IMG/VR virus record: IMGVR_UViG_3300031707_004017
Source: a virus
Lineage: Duplodnaviria; Heunggongvirae; Uroviricota; Caudoviricetes
Reading direction: 5' to 3' (one strand)
Length of the DNA stretch: 64,000 nt
Made by a program: the position numbers and the translations under genes. Shown piece by piece: positions 30,084 through 40,171 of this stretch. Position 1 is the first letter of the stretch; every line of letters starts with the position of its first letter. The notes beneath the pieces are model-generated. The model did not search any database. It saw only the letters and a program-made list of their open reading frames with translations, and had not been told where the DNA came from.

Positions 30084-31724
30084 TCAAATATTAACGATTT
30101 TATTTCGTTTACTGATGATTAACGATGCTTGTTCACTACTTTCTGAGCCCAAAGCATTTGTAGCAACACATATGTAATAACCAACTAAATCATTGTTTAT
30201 ATTGCTCAATGTTAATGTTGTCGTCGTGACACCGCTCATCCTACTATTGTTCTGTAATGCTACTAAATTCGAACTATGACCGTGCGACTTGTACCATTGA
30301 TATGTCATCGCCGGATAACCTGCAAAAACGACATTAAATATCACAGTCTGTCCCTTTTCAGCAGCCTGATCTGCAGGTTGCGTGATTACGATTGGTCCTG
30401 AACTTACAATTAATGCTACAGTATCACTTGCGACAGTAGCAATACTATTGCTAACATCGACCCTATAAGATCCCATATCAGCAGCTGACGCTCTTGATAT
30501 TGCATATGTACTTGATGTTGCTCCACTAATAGGTGCACCGTTTTTAAACCATTGATAAGTCGGTATTGGATCACCGACAGCGACGACAATAAATGATACA
30601 TCTTCACCGGCATATACAGTCGCAGGTATCGGTTGGACTTCAATATGAGGAGCACTATTTATTATTAAAATAGCATCATCACTAGTTACAGATCCATAAT
30701 CATTTGATACAACTACAGTATATGTGGCTTGGTCACTTTTAACAGTATGTGCTATTTCGAACTCTGATGATGTTGCTCCACTGATATTGTGCCCGTTTTT
30801 CTTCCATTGATATAATAATGGTGGTGTACCATCAGCAGTAACACTAATTTCAGCAGGATCATCAATTTCAAGTGTTTGAAATGGTTCAGGCTGAACATCA
30901 ATGTTAGGAGCACGTGTTGGTGCAGCTGCTGACTGATAGGCACCTATATCAGTAGTAGTTCCCGAACGAGTCACACCGTTATAAGATGTTGTAGAGACAT
31001 AAGGATTAGCAGATGGACCTATACCTGCATCAAGACAAGGGCTACTTGCCTGTAAAGAAAAGTCCGTACCAAGTGTTGTAAAGAGAGGATCTGACAAAAC
31101 ATCATGTGCTCCACCAGAATATCCAGAATAATTGGTTGCTACATTATATACGCAATTGTAATCGAATGTCCCACCACGTTCAGGGTGCAATACATTGATG
31201 CCAACAGTTCCTGTTGCATTTGATCCATAAACGATATTATTAATAACAAAGTAGTCTCCCGGAGAATTTGGAGGACTTACTGAAATTCCAGTTGTTGAAC
31301 TTACTGTACCAACACTATGTATTATGTTATTTATCGCTTTAATTGCCGTTCCTACTTTAAAAAACATTCCATATTTTGGAGTATTTGTCAAGATACAATT
31401 TTCGACTTTTGAATTATTTCCAGTACAATAAACAACACCCAAATTAGTGTAATCAGTTCCAGGATACTCTATTTCACACCCTGAAATTACACCATTTTGT
31501 CCCAATAGTTGTAGCCCTTTATCTATGTTATTAATAACAATAAACATGATATTTTGTATTACTAATCCGGAAGCAGTAGCACCTAAACTTATTATAGTAG
31601 AAGTAATAGAATGGCTACATCTTATTGTCGGTTTGTTTGTGTTTCCTGCCCATGACCTTATCGTTATGTTAGAAATAAGTACGTTTAAGCTGAATTCCTC
31701 CATAACGATTCCATTATCCACCAC
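30084..31724 (-). CDS. beta-helix + triple Ig-like domain receptor-binding/fibre protein, main ORF (N-terminus lost to frameshift)
   Basis: Three I-set-like repeats (YQWKKNGHNISGATSSEFEI..., YQWFKNGAPISGATSSTYAI..., YQWYKSHGHSSNLVALQ...); beta-helix-like N-terminal part. Confidence 0.8.
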   Translation of the reverse strand: MVDNGIVMEEFSLNVLISNITIRSWAGNTNKPTIRCSHSITSTIISLGATASGLVIQNIMFIVINNIDKGLQLLGQNGVISGCEIEYPGTDYTNLGVVYCTGNNSKVENCILTNTPKYGMFFKVGTAIKAINNIIHSVGTVSSTTGISVSPPNSPGDYFVINNIVYGSNATGTVGINVLHPERGGTFDYNCVYNVATNYSGYSGGAHDVLSDPLFTTLGTDFSLQASSPCLDAGIGPSANPYVSTTSYNGVTRSGTTTDIGAYQSAAAPTRAPNIDVQPEPFQTLEIDDPAEISVTADGTPPLLYQWKKNGHNISGATSSEFEIAHTVKSDQATYTVVVSNDYGSVTSDDAILIINSAPHIEVQPIPATVYAGEDVSFIVVAVGDPIPTYQWFKNGAPISGATSSTYAISRASAADMGSYRVDVSNSIATVASDTVALIVSSGPIVITQPADQAAEKGQTVIFNVVFAGYPAMTYQWYKSHGHSSNLVALQNNSRMSGVTTTTLTLSNINNDLVGYYICVATNALGSESSEQASLIISKRNKIVNI

Positions 31725-31744
31725 ATCAATAAAATCTCCCGGAT

Positions 31745-31846
31745 TTAATGACGATAGATCATAGGCGTTTTTAAGAGTATGGTATCCGGTGTCGGTGTCA
31801 ATCCATCCTCAACACTTGATCCGGCATTAACATAAATTGTAGACAT
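31745..31846 (-). pseudogene. N-terminal fragment of the same fibre gene, separated by a frameshift at a T5/A5 run (31768-31772)
   Basis: ATG at 31846 with SD AAGGAG; MSTIYVNAGSSVEDGLTPTPDTILLKT then shifting frame gives NAYDLSSLNPGDFIDVVDNGIVMEEF continuous with the 546-aa ORF; typical beta-helix N-terminus. Confidence 0.6.
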
Positions 31847-31966
31847 TGTTCAAACTCCTTTGCTCCTATTCAGACAGTAAAATTAATTTAATGATTATAT
31901 TTATCTGAAAATTATTAAGCTATTAGAATCTAATAAATCATTGATTTTTAAATTGACTATATTAGT

Positions 31967-32461
31967 ATGAACGACGACCTATTACATCGTTTTTTAAGAG
32001 CGACTTATAGACTCCATCGACTTATCAAAATTGAAGCACCGCCTGCAATAATTGACAAAGAAAAAGAAATCATTAAGAATTACCATCTAAAGCTTTTATC
32101 AATCGGTATTAATTCTACAACGTACCTTGAATCAGTAAACGGACAAATTGAATATCTCATAACTTGTGCAGATGAAGATCAACTTAATAATATCTCTATT
32201 AGATGTGGTCAATGTACACATTATTGCTTATTCAATACTTATATTTGCGAAATTTATAAAGAAAATCGTCCTGTAATTTGTGAAAAATTTGACGATTCAA
32301 ACATGGACATCACTCAGCGTTTAGCTCAATTAGCTTGTGGTCGCTGTTGTAGTTGTGAATACGTAACACAAATAAATAATGAAATTTGCAGCGAATTTAA
32401 TTGTTCTAAAAAACTAAGTTTAATAGCTATACAATGTAATCAATTTAAAGGCCCTAAATGA
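31967..32461 (+). CDS. Cys-rich zinc-binding protein (164 aa)
   Basis: CGQCTHYC...CEIY, CGRCCSCEY motifs. Confidence 0.5.
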   Translation: MNDDLLHRFLRATYRLHRLIKIEAPPAIIDKEKEIIKNYHLKLLSIGINSTTYLESVNGQIEYLITCADEDQLNNISIRCGQCTHYCLFNTYICEIYKENRPVICEKFDDSNMDITQRLAQLACGRCCSCEYVTQINNEICSEFNCSKKLSLIAIQCNQFKGPK

Positions 32462-32712
32462 ATAATGAGCTTTGTTCAACAATTATATCACTTGAAAACG
32501 AAATTAGTGACCTTAAATCAATTGATGTCAGTGTCACTGAACAGCAAAAACAGCTTAAATTATTACATAAACAACTTAAGCGAGAAACTAAATGTAGCTG
32601 CGGTCAAAAACTCATAAAATTTATGCATAATTGTCCTTCATCAAATAACTACCCTGAAATTTTCGGCTGTCCTCGATGTGATGATAATTGTGCATTTTGT
32701 AAAGAAAGCTAA
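32458..32712 (+). CDS. small Cys-rich protein (84 aa)
   Basis: CSCGQK...CPRCDDNCAFC. Confidence 0.45.
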   Translation: MNNELCSTIISLENEISDLKSIDVSVTEQQKQLKLLHKQLKRETKCSCGQKLIKFMHNCPSSNNYPEIFGCPRCDDNCAFCKES

Positions 32713-32713
32713 C

Positions 32714-32932
32714 ATGAGTAATGGTCTAAATTATCTCAAAGCTCATCCCAAAAATTTTCATGAATTCCAAAAAAATTTAAGTAATAATATGTGTGTAACG
32801 TGTGGTAACATACCCTTAAAAGATTGCGATAAAACTTTTGGAATATGTAATAATTGTAAAAATCAAATAACGCTTACTCCTAAACAATGCGACGACTTAT
32901 GGTTTCTCATAGCAAATCATAAAAATAAATAA
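32714..32932 (+). CDS. small Cys-rich protein (start moved to MSNGLNY)
   Basis: CVTCGN...CNNCKNQ. Confidence 0.45.
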   Translation: MSNGLNYLKAHPKNFHEFQKNLSNNMCVTCGNIPLKDCDKTFGICNNCKNQITLTPKQCDDLWFLIANHKNK

Positions 32933-32939
32933 TAAACTT

Positions 32940-33149
32940 ATGAAAAAAAAATATACTTGTCAACATTGTAATAAATTTTATTCATCTATTATTTGGTGGT
33001 TTCGTCATATCAATAATTGTAAAGACTCATACACTTGCAATCGATGTAAGAAGCCATTCACGTCATTAAATCGATGGCTTCAACACTTGCACACCTGCAC
33101 ACTTAGAGTTAAACCTAAATTAACTACAATATCTGAAACCATACAATAA
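32940..33149 (+). CDS. tandem C2H2/C2HC-type zinc-finger protein (69 aa)
   Basis: YTCQHCNKFYSSIIWWFRHINNC and YTCNRCKKPFTSLNRWLQHLHTC. Confidence 0.5.
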   Translation: MKKKYTCQHCNKFYSSIIWWFRHINNCKDSYTCNRCKKPFTSLNRWLQHLHTCTLRVKPKLTTISETIQ

Positions 33150-33150
33150 C

Positions 33151-33663
33151 ATGATGATATCTAATTTATTACGTGTTAAAAAATCTAAAGATTCGCCAAT
33201 TGTAAAACAAACGAACCCAAGCTATCCTGTATTCTCAATTACCAAAAACGGTCAAATAATCTCTTATATTCGTGAACGCACTATCACTCCTGAAATTTAT
33301 TCAGGCGACCAAAATGAAATATTTTACAAACTTCTAAATACAGCATCATTGACAATACATGACTATTACGTCATTAAATCACTTGACGATTTATCTATTC
33401 CTGTCAAAGAATTAACACGATACGATCTCAAACCTGAACGACTGTTAGTCCCAGAAAATTTAACAATTGATGATACCATCGATGTCTCTTTCATATGTGA
33501 TACTAGTTTACCACTTAAAACAACGTTAACCGTAATAAAATGGTCAAAACTAACGACGACATTATATTTGTTCGCATCAAATTGCGGCACAATTCAACAA
33601 TTAACAAGCGGTTGCCGTATAACATTACGACCTGAAACAATTATAAAAATACACTTAAAATAG
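33151..33663 (+). CDS. hypothetical protein (170 aa)
   Basis: ORF track only. Confidence 0.55.
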   Translation: MMISNLLRVKKSKDSPIVKQTNPSYPVFSITKNGQIISYIRERTITPEIYSGDQNEIFYKLLNTASLTIHDYYVIKSLDDLSIPVKELTRYDLKPERLLVPENLTIDDTIDVSFICDTSLPLKTTLTVIKWSKLTTTLYLFASNCGTIQQLTSGCRITLRPETIIKIHLK

Positions 33664-33674
33664 AAAAAAATTCA

Positions 33675-33947
33675 ATGCGCGGAACAAAAGATTGCTGGAA
33701 CATAATATGTGCATGCTGGACCCGTGAACCAGAAACGTCTAATTGTATGGCAGAAGATCTTGAACCGCAAGATTGTAAACTAGCAGACATTGACCTCCGT
33801 ATTGCACTTACAATATCAAACACATCAAGCACCATAATAGCTATTAAAAGTATTTGTGAATCTATTGATCCTCATGAACTCGACATTGACACTTTACGTA
33901 AAGCTATCAATAAAATCTATGCAACATTATTTGAACATAATTTATAA
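33675..33947 (+). CDS. hypothetical protein (90 aa)
   Basis: ORF track only. Confidence 0.4.
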   Translation: MRGTKDCWNIICACWTREPETSNCMAEDLEPQDCKLADIDLRIALTISNTSSTIIAIKSICESIDPHELDIDTLRKAINKIYATLFEHNL

Positions 33948-34253
33948 CTGTAAGCACGATAGTTTATATTTTATCTGTGTGCTTACTATTGCTTGTTTAA
34001 TGATTATAATTGGTACAAAAATAATAGAAAAAATTAATGATAAAAAAAATAAAAAGACTCACTAACCGGCTAAACGAACTTTATAAACTATCGATTATGT
34101 AGCAGGAACACAGATCATGAACATCGTCTTTGCAATTCTACTTTTTCTCATATTTTGTGTGTTGCTTATTATTTCATATAATCTAGTAGCACTAAACAAC
34201 AATTTTGTTAAAATTACTCAACACATAATTCAAAAAATTATAAGGAGAAAGTT

Positions 34254-34523
34254 ATGAAATACAAAGTTATTACAAGAGATTGGAAAGGTACTTATGGAGA
34301 TAGTCCAAAGGGATGGGTGCTATTTGCAGGAGAAGATAAAATAAGCACAGGCAAAGATTGCTTTGTCACCATATTCTCAAAAGGTAAAAGCACGAAAAAG
34401 ATGTCTGGTCAAGAAATTTACGATATACATGAATGCTTACTACGCGGAGAAGATGTAGAAGGTTACGATCTAGATGCAAAAGAGGATAACATTTTAATAG
34501 AGACAGCGGCTGCGGGAAAATAA
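34254..34523 (+). CDS. hypothetical protein (89 aa)
   Basis: Strong SD AAGGAGAAAGTT before ATG. Confidence 0.6.
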   Translation: MKYKVITRDWKGTYGDSPKGWVLFAGEDKISTGKDCFVTIFSKGKSTKKMSGQEIYDIHECLLRGEDVEGYDLDAKEDNILIETAAAGK

Positions 34524-34605
34524 ACTGCACATCTTACAACAGTGTCATGCTAAAATAAAACACAAATGAGTCTAAGAAGTTATGAGTTAATGCCATTTCA
34601 TTCAG

Positions 34606-35790
34606 TTAAATAACTTTACTGTCTACAATCTCTCCGCGCCTCATCATCTCTCTCAATTCGTCCTTCGAATACTTCATCTTACCTTGCTCATCAAAATACT
34701 TTCTATATTCGCCCTCTAACTCTCTCATCCGCTCCCTTCCTCGCTCAATTCGATCCTTAAAAAACTTTCTTACTCCCGCAACACTCTTACTCATATTCTC
34801 GTCATCGTCTGCGACTACATGTGTCCTACCCCACTCGCTAGTCCGTATCCACTCACGTATACTATCATCACTCATACTCAAAAAAGGCTCATCATGCTCT
34901 AACAGCCTTTGAGCATTCTTATAATCACTACTGACTTGCCTCACTATACTAACTACTCTCTTAACTCTACGTTCGTCATCTCTCTTCTTTCGCTCATCTA
35001 ACCGCACATTCCTGCGTCGTTCTTTCTCAGCTCTAGCTTCATCAGACACTCTCTTCCTCACTTCTTCCCTTGGCACTTCTTGCGAACTCAAATTTATTAT
35101 ATATCGATAATGATACTCTTGTATATTATATCCACCTGCTCCAATTGCTCGAGCATGAAAGTCCCAGTCCCTCTTCTTATCATCTACTAACTTTCCCTCA
35201 AACTCAAAACCCTTTGACCCTTGCCTCACTCTACCAGACACATTAACAAAATCAGCTGTCACATATTTCGCTATCGCCTGCTTCAACTTCATCAAATTAT
35301 TCTCCCTGATCCCTTGCTTCACTCTCTCTACATACAAATCTCTCTTTTTCCTATTAATCCTAAACTCGCTCAATTTAACATTTTGAAACGGCCATACACT
35401 CGGTACGTCGTACACTCGAAATAACAACTCAGTCTCCATTGACTCTTTACCAAATATATTACTCACTCCATCATATAACGACCCTCGCACATTCAAATTT
35501 CGATCGTCGCTCTTACTGCCCTCAATCCTCTTCACACTTCCATTTATCTCTCTCTCGGCCTGATCACACAACCTCTCGATCATCGGCTCACATATGTCGA
35601 CAATCTTTTGCTGAACGCTTGTCATCTCTTTATCTTTACTACTTTCATCTCTATCGCTAATCGTACCAGTTAACTTCCTCTTTGACTTAGGATGCCGTTT
35701 CAAATATCCTCGTTGCTCCTCGTCAGATAAATCGCTCCACTTACGAGCTATCTTCAAAAACTCGACTTGTATTTGAGCTATATACTTCAT
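34606..35790 (-). CDS. hypothetical protein (394 aa), Arg/Glu-rich C-terminal half; paralogous N-terminus to 15479..16702
   Basis: Shared N-terminal domain (see 15479..16702). Confidence 0.65.
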   Translation of the reverse strand: MKYIAQIQVEFLKIARKWSDLSDEEQRGYLKRHPKSKRKLTGTISDRDESSKDKEMTSVQQKIVDICEPMIERLCDQAEREINGSVKRIEGSKSDDRNLNVRGSLYDGVSNIFGKESMETELLFRVYDVPSVWPFQNVKLSEFRINRKKRDLYVERVKQGIRENNLMKLKQAIAKYVTADFVNVSGRVRQGSKGFEFEGKLVDDKKRDWDFHARAIGAGGYNIQEYHYRYIINLSSQEVPREEVRKRVSDEARAEKERRRNVRLDERKKRDDERRVKRVVSIVRQVSSDYKNAQRLLEHDEPFLSMSDDSIREWIRTSEWGRTHVVADDDENMSKSVAGVRKFFKDRIERGRERMRELEGEYRKYFDEQGKMKYSKDELREMMRRGEIVDSKVI

Positions 35791-35926
35791 ATCACTCCTC
35801 GACTCTTAATTGTAAACAAAACCTATATAAAATACTTCAATTATCAAATATTAAGAACAATCATGAATGACACATTCAATGATTTTTAACTTGACTATAA
35901 TAATGCGTCATAACAAAGGAATCATT

Positions 35927-36631
35927 ATGTTTGAGAGAGACAATCGACATGATACTGCTATTTTGAAATGTCTTCACACTGCACTCAAAGCCCTAATACC
36001 TTATCAAAGAAATACTCTTGCTACTATTGAAGTAGCTGATATTGGATGCGGCTTTACTATGCCATATCTCAATATGGCTCTTAATAGTCTCAATGAGATA
36101 CCAAAACCTTTCAATTTTTATCTTGTTGATCCGGCTTTGAAAGATCATATAAAAGAAGCTCAAGAAGAAGTAAATAAAATACAAACACTCTATCCCGAAG
36201 TATGCAATTTGAAAATATGCCCCTACACATCACAAAAATTACTTGACGAACACTTATTCAAACAACTCGATATTGTAATCATGATTCAATCGGCATCTCT
36301 TTTCTCAGATAAAGACTTCGGCACACTCTTACAAGATCTTCGACACTCTAAACCCCTTTTATGCATCGTCGTCGAACTTAATGATAAAGTCACTTTACCA
36401 ATTTATAAAGACATCAAACTTCATAAAAGATCGGTTGAAAAATATATGTACATGGCTGCTAAAGAAGGTTTTGACCATGTTGTCACTGAGATTCAAAACG
36501 CTCATGGCGAACCCGACGGACAACTCATGGCAGGAATGGCATTTAAATGGTCCGATAGATACATGTCTCTCGACAATCTTTTTCCTATTGCCGGAGTAAA
36601 ACCAGAAATTTCTGAACAAACAGGATGCTAA
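35927..36631 (+). CDS. class I SAM-dependent methyltransferase-like protein
   Basis: Motif I-like VADIGCGFT; start moved to MFERD (SD AAAGGA) inside ORF 35867..36631. Confidence 0.5.
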   Translation: MFERDNRHDTAILKCLHTALKALIPYQRNTLATIEVADIGCGFTMPYLNMALNSLNEIPKPFNFYLVDPALKDHIKEAQEEVNKIQTLYPEVCNLKICPYTSQKLLDEHLFKQLDIVIMIQSASLFSDKDFGTLLQDLRHSKPLLCIVVELNDKVTLPIYKDIKLHKRSVEKYMYMAAKEGFDHVVTEIQNAHGEPDGQLMAGMAFKWSDRYMSLDNLFPIAGVKPEISEQTGC

Positions 36632-36683
36632 AAAATCACTTCAACTCTCGACTTGATTACAAATCTTAACAAAAGTAGACTCA

Positions 36684-37575
36684 ATGATTTCATTAATTAT
36701 CTGGTCATTTATCGGTCTATTCCTATTCATTACATTATGCAATAGCATTGTATTTGTGAAACAGCAATCACTAGTAGTATTAGAACGCCTTGGCAAATTT
36801 AAAAGGATCGCTACTGCCGGAATGTCGTTCAAAGCACCATTCATAGACAACAAAGCTGGAACAGTCGAACTGCGCATCCAACAACTCGATGTTAAAGTTG
36901 AAACAAAAACTCTTGATAATGTATTCGCAACAGTCTTAGTATCTGTACAATACTTCATTGATGAAAAGAGCGCCTACAATGCTTTTTACAAATTACGTGA
37001 ACCTCACAAACAAATTACTTCTTACGTCTTCGATGTAGTACGAGCAAAAGTACCATCTCTCAATTTAGATGATGTATTTGCTAAAAGATGAAATTGCAAA
37101 CGCTGTAAAAAGCGAATTAACAGAAACAATGGACGATTTTGGCTACGGCATTACAAAAGCACTCATCACAGACATTGACCCTGATTCAAAAGTCAAAGAC
37201 GCAATGAACGAAATCAACGCTGCTCAAAGGTTACGAATGGCCGCAACAGAAAAAGGTGAAGCAGAAAGAATCTTAAAAGTAAAACAAGCAGAAGCAGAAG
37301 CACAAAGCAAAGCACTACAAGGCAAAGGCATCGCAGACCAAAGAAAAGCTATAGACGGACTAAAATCATCTGTAAATGACTTCAAACTGGCCGTAGAAGG
37401 CAGCTCGTCCCAAGACGTAATGAACCTCGTCCTAATAACACAATACTTCGACATGCTCAAAGAAGTCGGAATCGGAAGCAAAGCGATCTTAATTCCCTAT
37501 TCAGCAGGCGGAGCTAAAACAACAGCTGACGAAATCAGAAACGCTCTTATGATTGCATCAGAAACAATAAAATAA
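36684..37575 (+). pseudogene. SPFH/band-7 (stomatin/HflK-like) gene split by frameshift at A4 run ~37084-37087
   Basis: ORF1 ...VVLERLGKF...LNLDDVFAKR* and ORF2 (+1 frame) DEIANAVKSELTETMDDFGYGITKALITDIDPDSKVKDAMNEINAAQRLRMAA together reconstruct one SPFH domain; N-terminal TM helix. Confidence 0.65.
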
Positions 37576-38589
37576 ACAATTACGTAACATCGACGACGAA
37601 CATTGCACTCTCACTCAACGACTTTCAACTTGATTTAAACAATGTCACAAATAATTGATGATAACACTCTAAAATGTCAATTTTCTTTTGAATCATAAGA
37701 AGATCTCAATGTTTCGTAAGTACACGTTTACATGGATGGTTACTACATTGGTTAGGTTTTATTGTTTGCCGAATAATGATCCTCCATAAAATATGGTAGA
37801 AAATTGTCACATCTTACAATCTACCGTTGCGCAACCGTTGTGCGAAAGAATTTTTTCTTTTTGGATCCTAAACGGTATAGGAGCGCTCAATGGATATCGT
37901 TGAATTTTTCAATCCCTACAGTGTAGAACATCTCAAAGCCTATGAACATTTATCTACATGGAAAATGGCCCACAGACTTCATACTGAAAAATTTGGAATA
38001 TTCGAGAGAATGTCTGGCAGGTCGGGATAGTAAATAAAATGGCAAATGCTTGGCTCGAACAAGCTAAAGCAGGACATATTTTTGGCATGCCTCATTTTGA
38101 TCAATAACTAGACTCACACACAAAAAAACTAATCTCTTCTCTACCCAAAAAATGAGAACTAAAGAACAACCCTTTCTTAATTGGACATACACTTGTGATA
38201 TTTGCAAAGACAATATCATTATAGTATCCACCAATGATAGGATCTGTTAGATTACCTGAAAAGGTTGGGAAGAACTCACGTTTTGTATCTATTTTAGCAC
38301 ATGTTTGTCCTAAACAAGAATGCAAAGAAAAAGCAAAAATTGCTTTTCCAGATTATTATTATGAAGAACAACAAATTATCGTTTCTAATTGATTCCAGAT
38401 CAAACACAAATTGAAAAAATGATAGACGCCCTGGATAGGACAGAGATAAATGAGAATATCTCTTTAGAGTATTTCTCAATGATCGTAGCAGGATGTCTGA
38501 TGACAAAAATGAAAAGATCGATTGGATAGATTTACAAGGACATAGCTCACAATTGGTTAGAGCGCTACGCTGTCACTAATCTCCCCACC

Positions 38590-38820
38590 ACACCCTATAA
38601 AACAAACTACACAAATACACTGCGCGTGCTCGCGAAGAAAAACTCTACATCGGCCCTAACTATACTGCGCGTGCTCGCTGAGACTCTATCGCGTACTTAT
38701 AACTGCGCGAGCTTGCGGGAAGAACATCAACCTGACTAAGAAAACCTCTACTATTTACTCTCTCTCTCTACCACTCTATAAAACAAAACACATGCATGTA
38801 CCGCGCGGGCTCGCGGGAAG
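38590..38820. promoter_or_regulatory. iteron-like array of GC boxes (A)CTGCGCG(T/A)GCT(C/T)GCG, four copies, two preceded by CTATAAAACAAA..ACACA
   Basis: tgcgcgtgctcgcg 38621-38634, ctgcgcgtgctcgctg 38665-38680, ctgcgcgagcttgcggg 38703-38719, accgcgcgggctcgcggg 38800-38817; no long ORF. Confidence 0.5.
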
Positions 38821-39450
38821 GGACCTCAAAACGATGTTAACTAGGCTCGAGCACCACCACACGGTACACCATACTTCTATAATTTGCAACAATCGCACGA
38901 TTTACGCGCGTATACTTTCTCATGGGTCGATTGCCGTTTGTGAAGGCTCACAAAGTCGCTCACTTTTTTTCGCACTTTACGAGACTGATGAAGACTGTTT
39001 TCGTGATTCGCGAATGAAGTCACACAAATTTTTACTCGTCTACGGAGCAAGTATCGGCCTGCAATTGCCGTCTGTAAATAGCGCATTCTGTGTCGTGGTA
39101 GACGCGATGGTGTGCTGTGCGACAGTGATTTCAGCGAGCCTTTTGTTGTCTAGTATTGGTCGAGAAAAAAATCAAGAACAGTCTGTGAGATTAGTGTGAC
39201 GGAGTAAAGTGTAGTGAGATAAAGCAGTCTAGAACAGTGGACGCGAGATAGTGAAGTAGAGATGTTTAGTTTCGAATTCGGCTCGATTTTAGTGCTATAA
39301 GAAAAGATTGCTAGTGTCATTTGTAAATTAAGTAAGGAGTGGCGAGTGATAGCGATTGTGATAATTCAGTTAGCGGACTGAGTATATAGCGTGAACAGCA
39401 GTTTATGGTCAGATACCATTTTGAGTCGTCGTTAGAAGATTTCTCGCTCT

Positions 39451-39483
39451 ATCGCGCATAAAGATCTTGACGAGTGAAATTTC
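39451..39483. repeat. degenerate copy of boundary repeat (atcgcgcataaagatcttgacgagtgaaattt)
   Basis: Aligns with 39981..40017. Confidence 0.5.
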
Positions 39484-39712
39484 TTTATTCTTCAAAGGGT
39501 TGAGTCGGTTTTGATGTCGCATTTGAAGATGAATGAAGATGATAGACAAAAAATAGCCACCTTTGTGGGGTGACTATTTTAGAATGAGTTAGTTGTTGAA
39601 TTGAGAATTATTCATCGTTCACAAAGTTTCTATTCTTGACTTCTCGATCCATGAAATAATTTCTGAATGTGTCCTTTTACATTTTCTTCAAAATTGCTTT
39701 TCTCATCATCAG

Positions 39713-39970
39713 TTATTGGTCTTCATCTTCTTCATCAGGATCATTAATTGATGCATCATAATCTACATTTGAAATTTCACCATTCGCATCCATTACAAGC
39801 ATTGCATCTCCGCCACCAAAACCAAACGAACCTTCTATCTCGCCATAACGATCCAGGTTGTGCATGGAGTAGTGAGCAAGTTTTCCTTGTAGGAGACTAA
39901 CAGCCACATTTTGGGAGTTCGCGACCTTTCCCCCTTCGCCCTCGATCACCTCGTTGGAAGTATTTCTCAC
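39713..39970 (-). CDS. small acidic protein (85 aa)
   Basis: ORF track; DPDEEDEDQ tail. Confidence 0.35.
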   Translation of the reverse strand: MRNTSNEVIEGEGGKVANSQNVAVSLLQGKLAHYSMHNLDRYGEIEGSFGFGGGDAMLVMDANGEISNVDYDASINDPDEEDEDQ

Positions 39971-40020
39971 TCTATAATATATCGCGCGCGTAAAGGATTT
40001 TGACGAACGAAATTGTTATC
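39970..40020. repeat. left boundary inverted repeat
   Basis: tataatatatcgcgcgcgtaaaggattttgacgaacgaaattgtt = reverse complement of 57834..57870 with 1-2 mismatches. Confidence 0.75.
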
Positions 40021-40171
40021 CCTTTGCTCGTTCTGTTAAGATCTCGCGGATGACGCCGATGAGGTCCGAGGGTAAGACTAAGTGATCGTTAGATAGCAGC
40101 GACGAGTAGATTTCGATATCGTTTTGTCCGTCGTCGATGTGTTTAATGATTTCTTCTCGTAGTGTCATTTT

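Noticed and set aside
35867-35926. N-terminal 20 codons of ORF 35867..36631
   Set aside because: The internal Met (MFERD) has a proper AAAGGA RBS, whereas the upstream Met has none. The start was moved, with low certainty.
37600-38550. tRNA genes in the ~1 kb gene-poor stretch
   Set aside because: No GGTTCGAATCC-type T-arm or cloverleaf could be recognised by eye. I cannot exclude tRNAs without tRNAscan, but nothing supports one.
38792-39199. ORF track CDS (135 aa) in the GC-box region
   Set aside because: Overlaps the iteron-like repeats and a skewed low-complexity tract. There is no RBS, so the region is more plausibly non-coding and regulatory.
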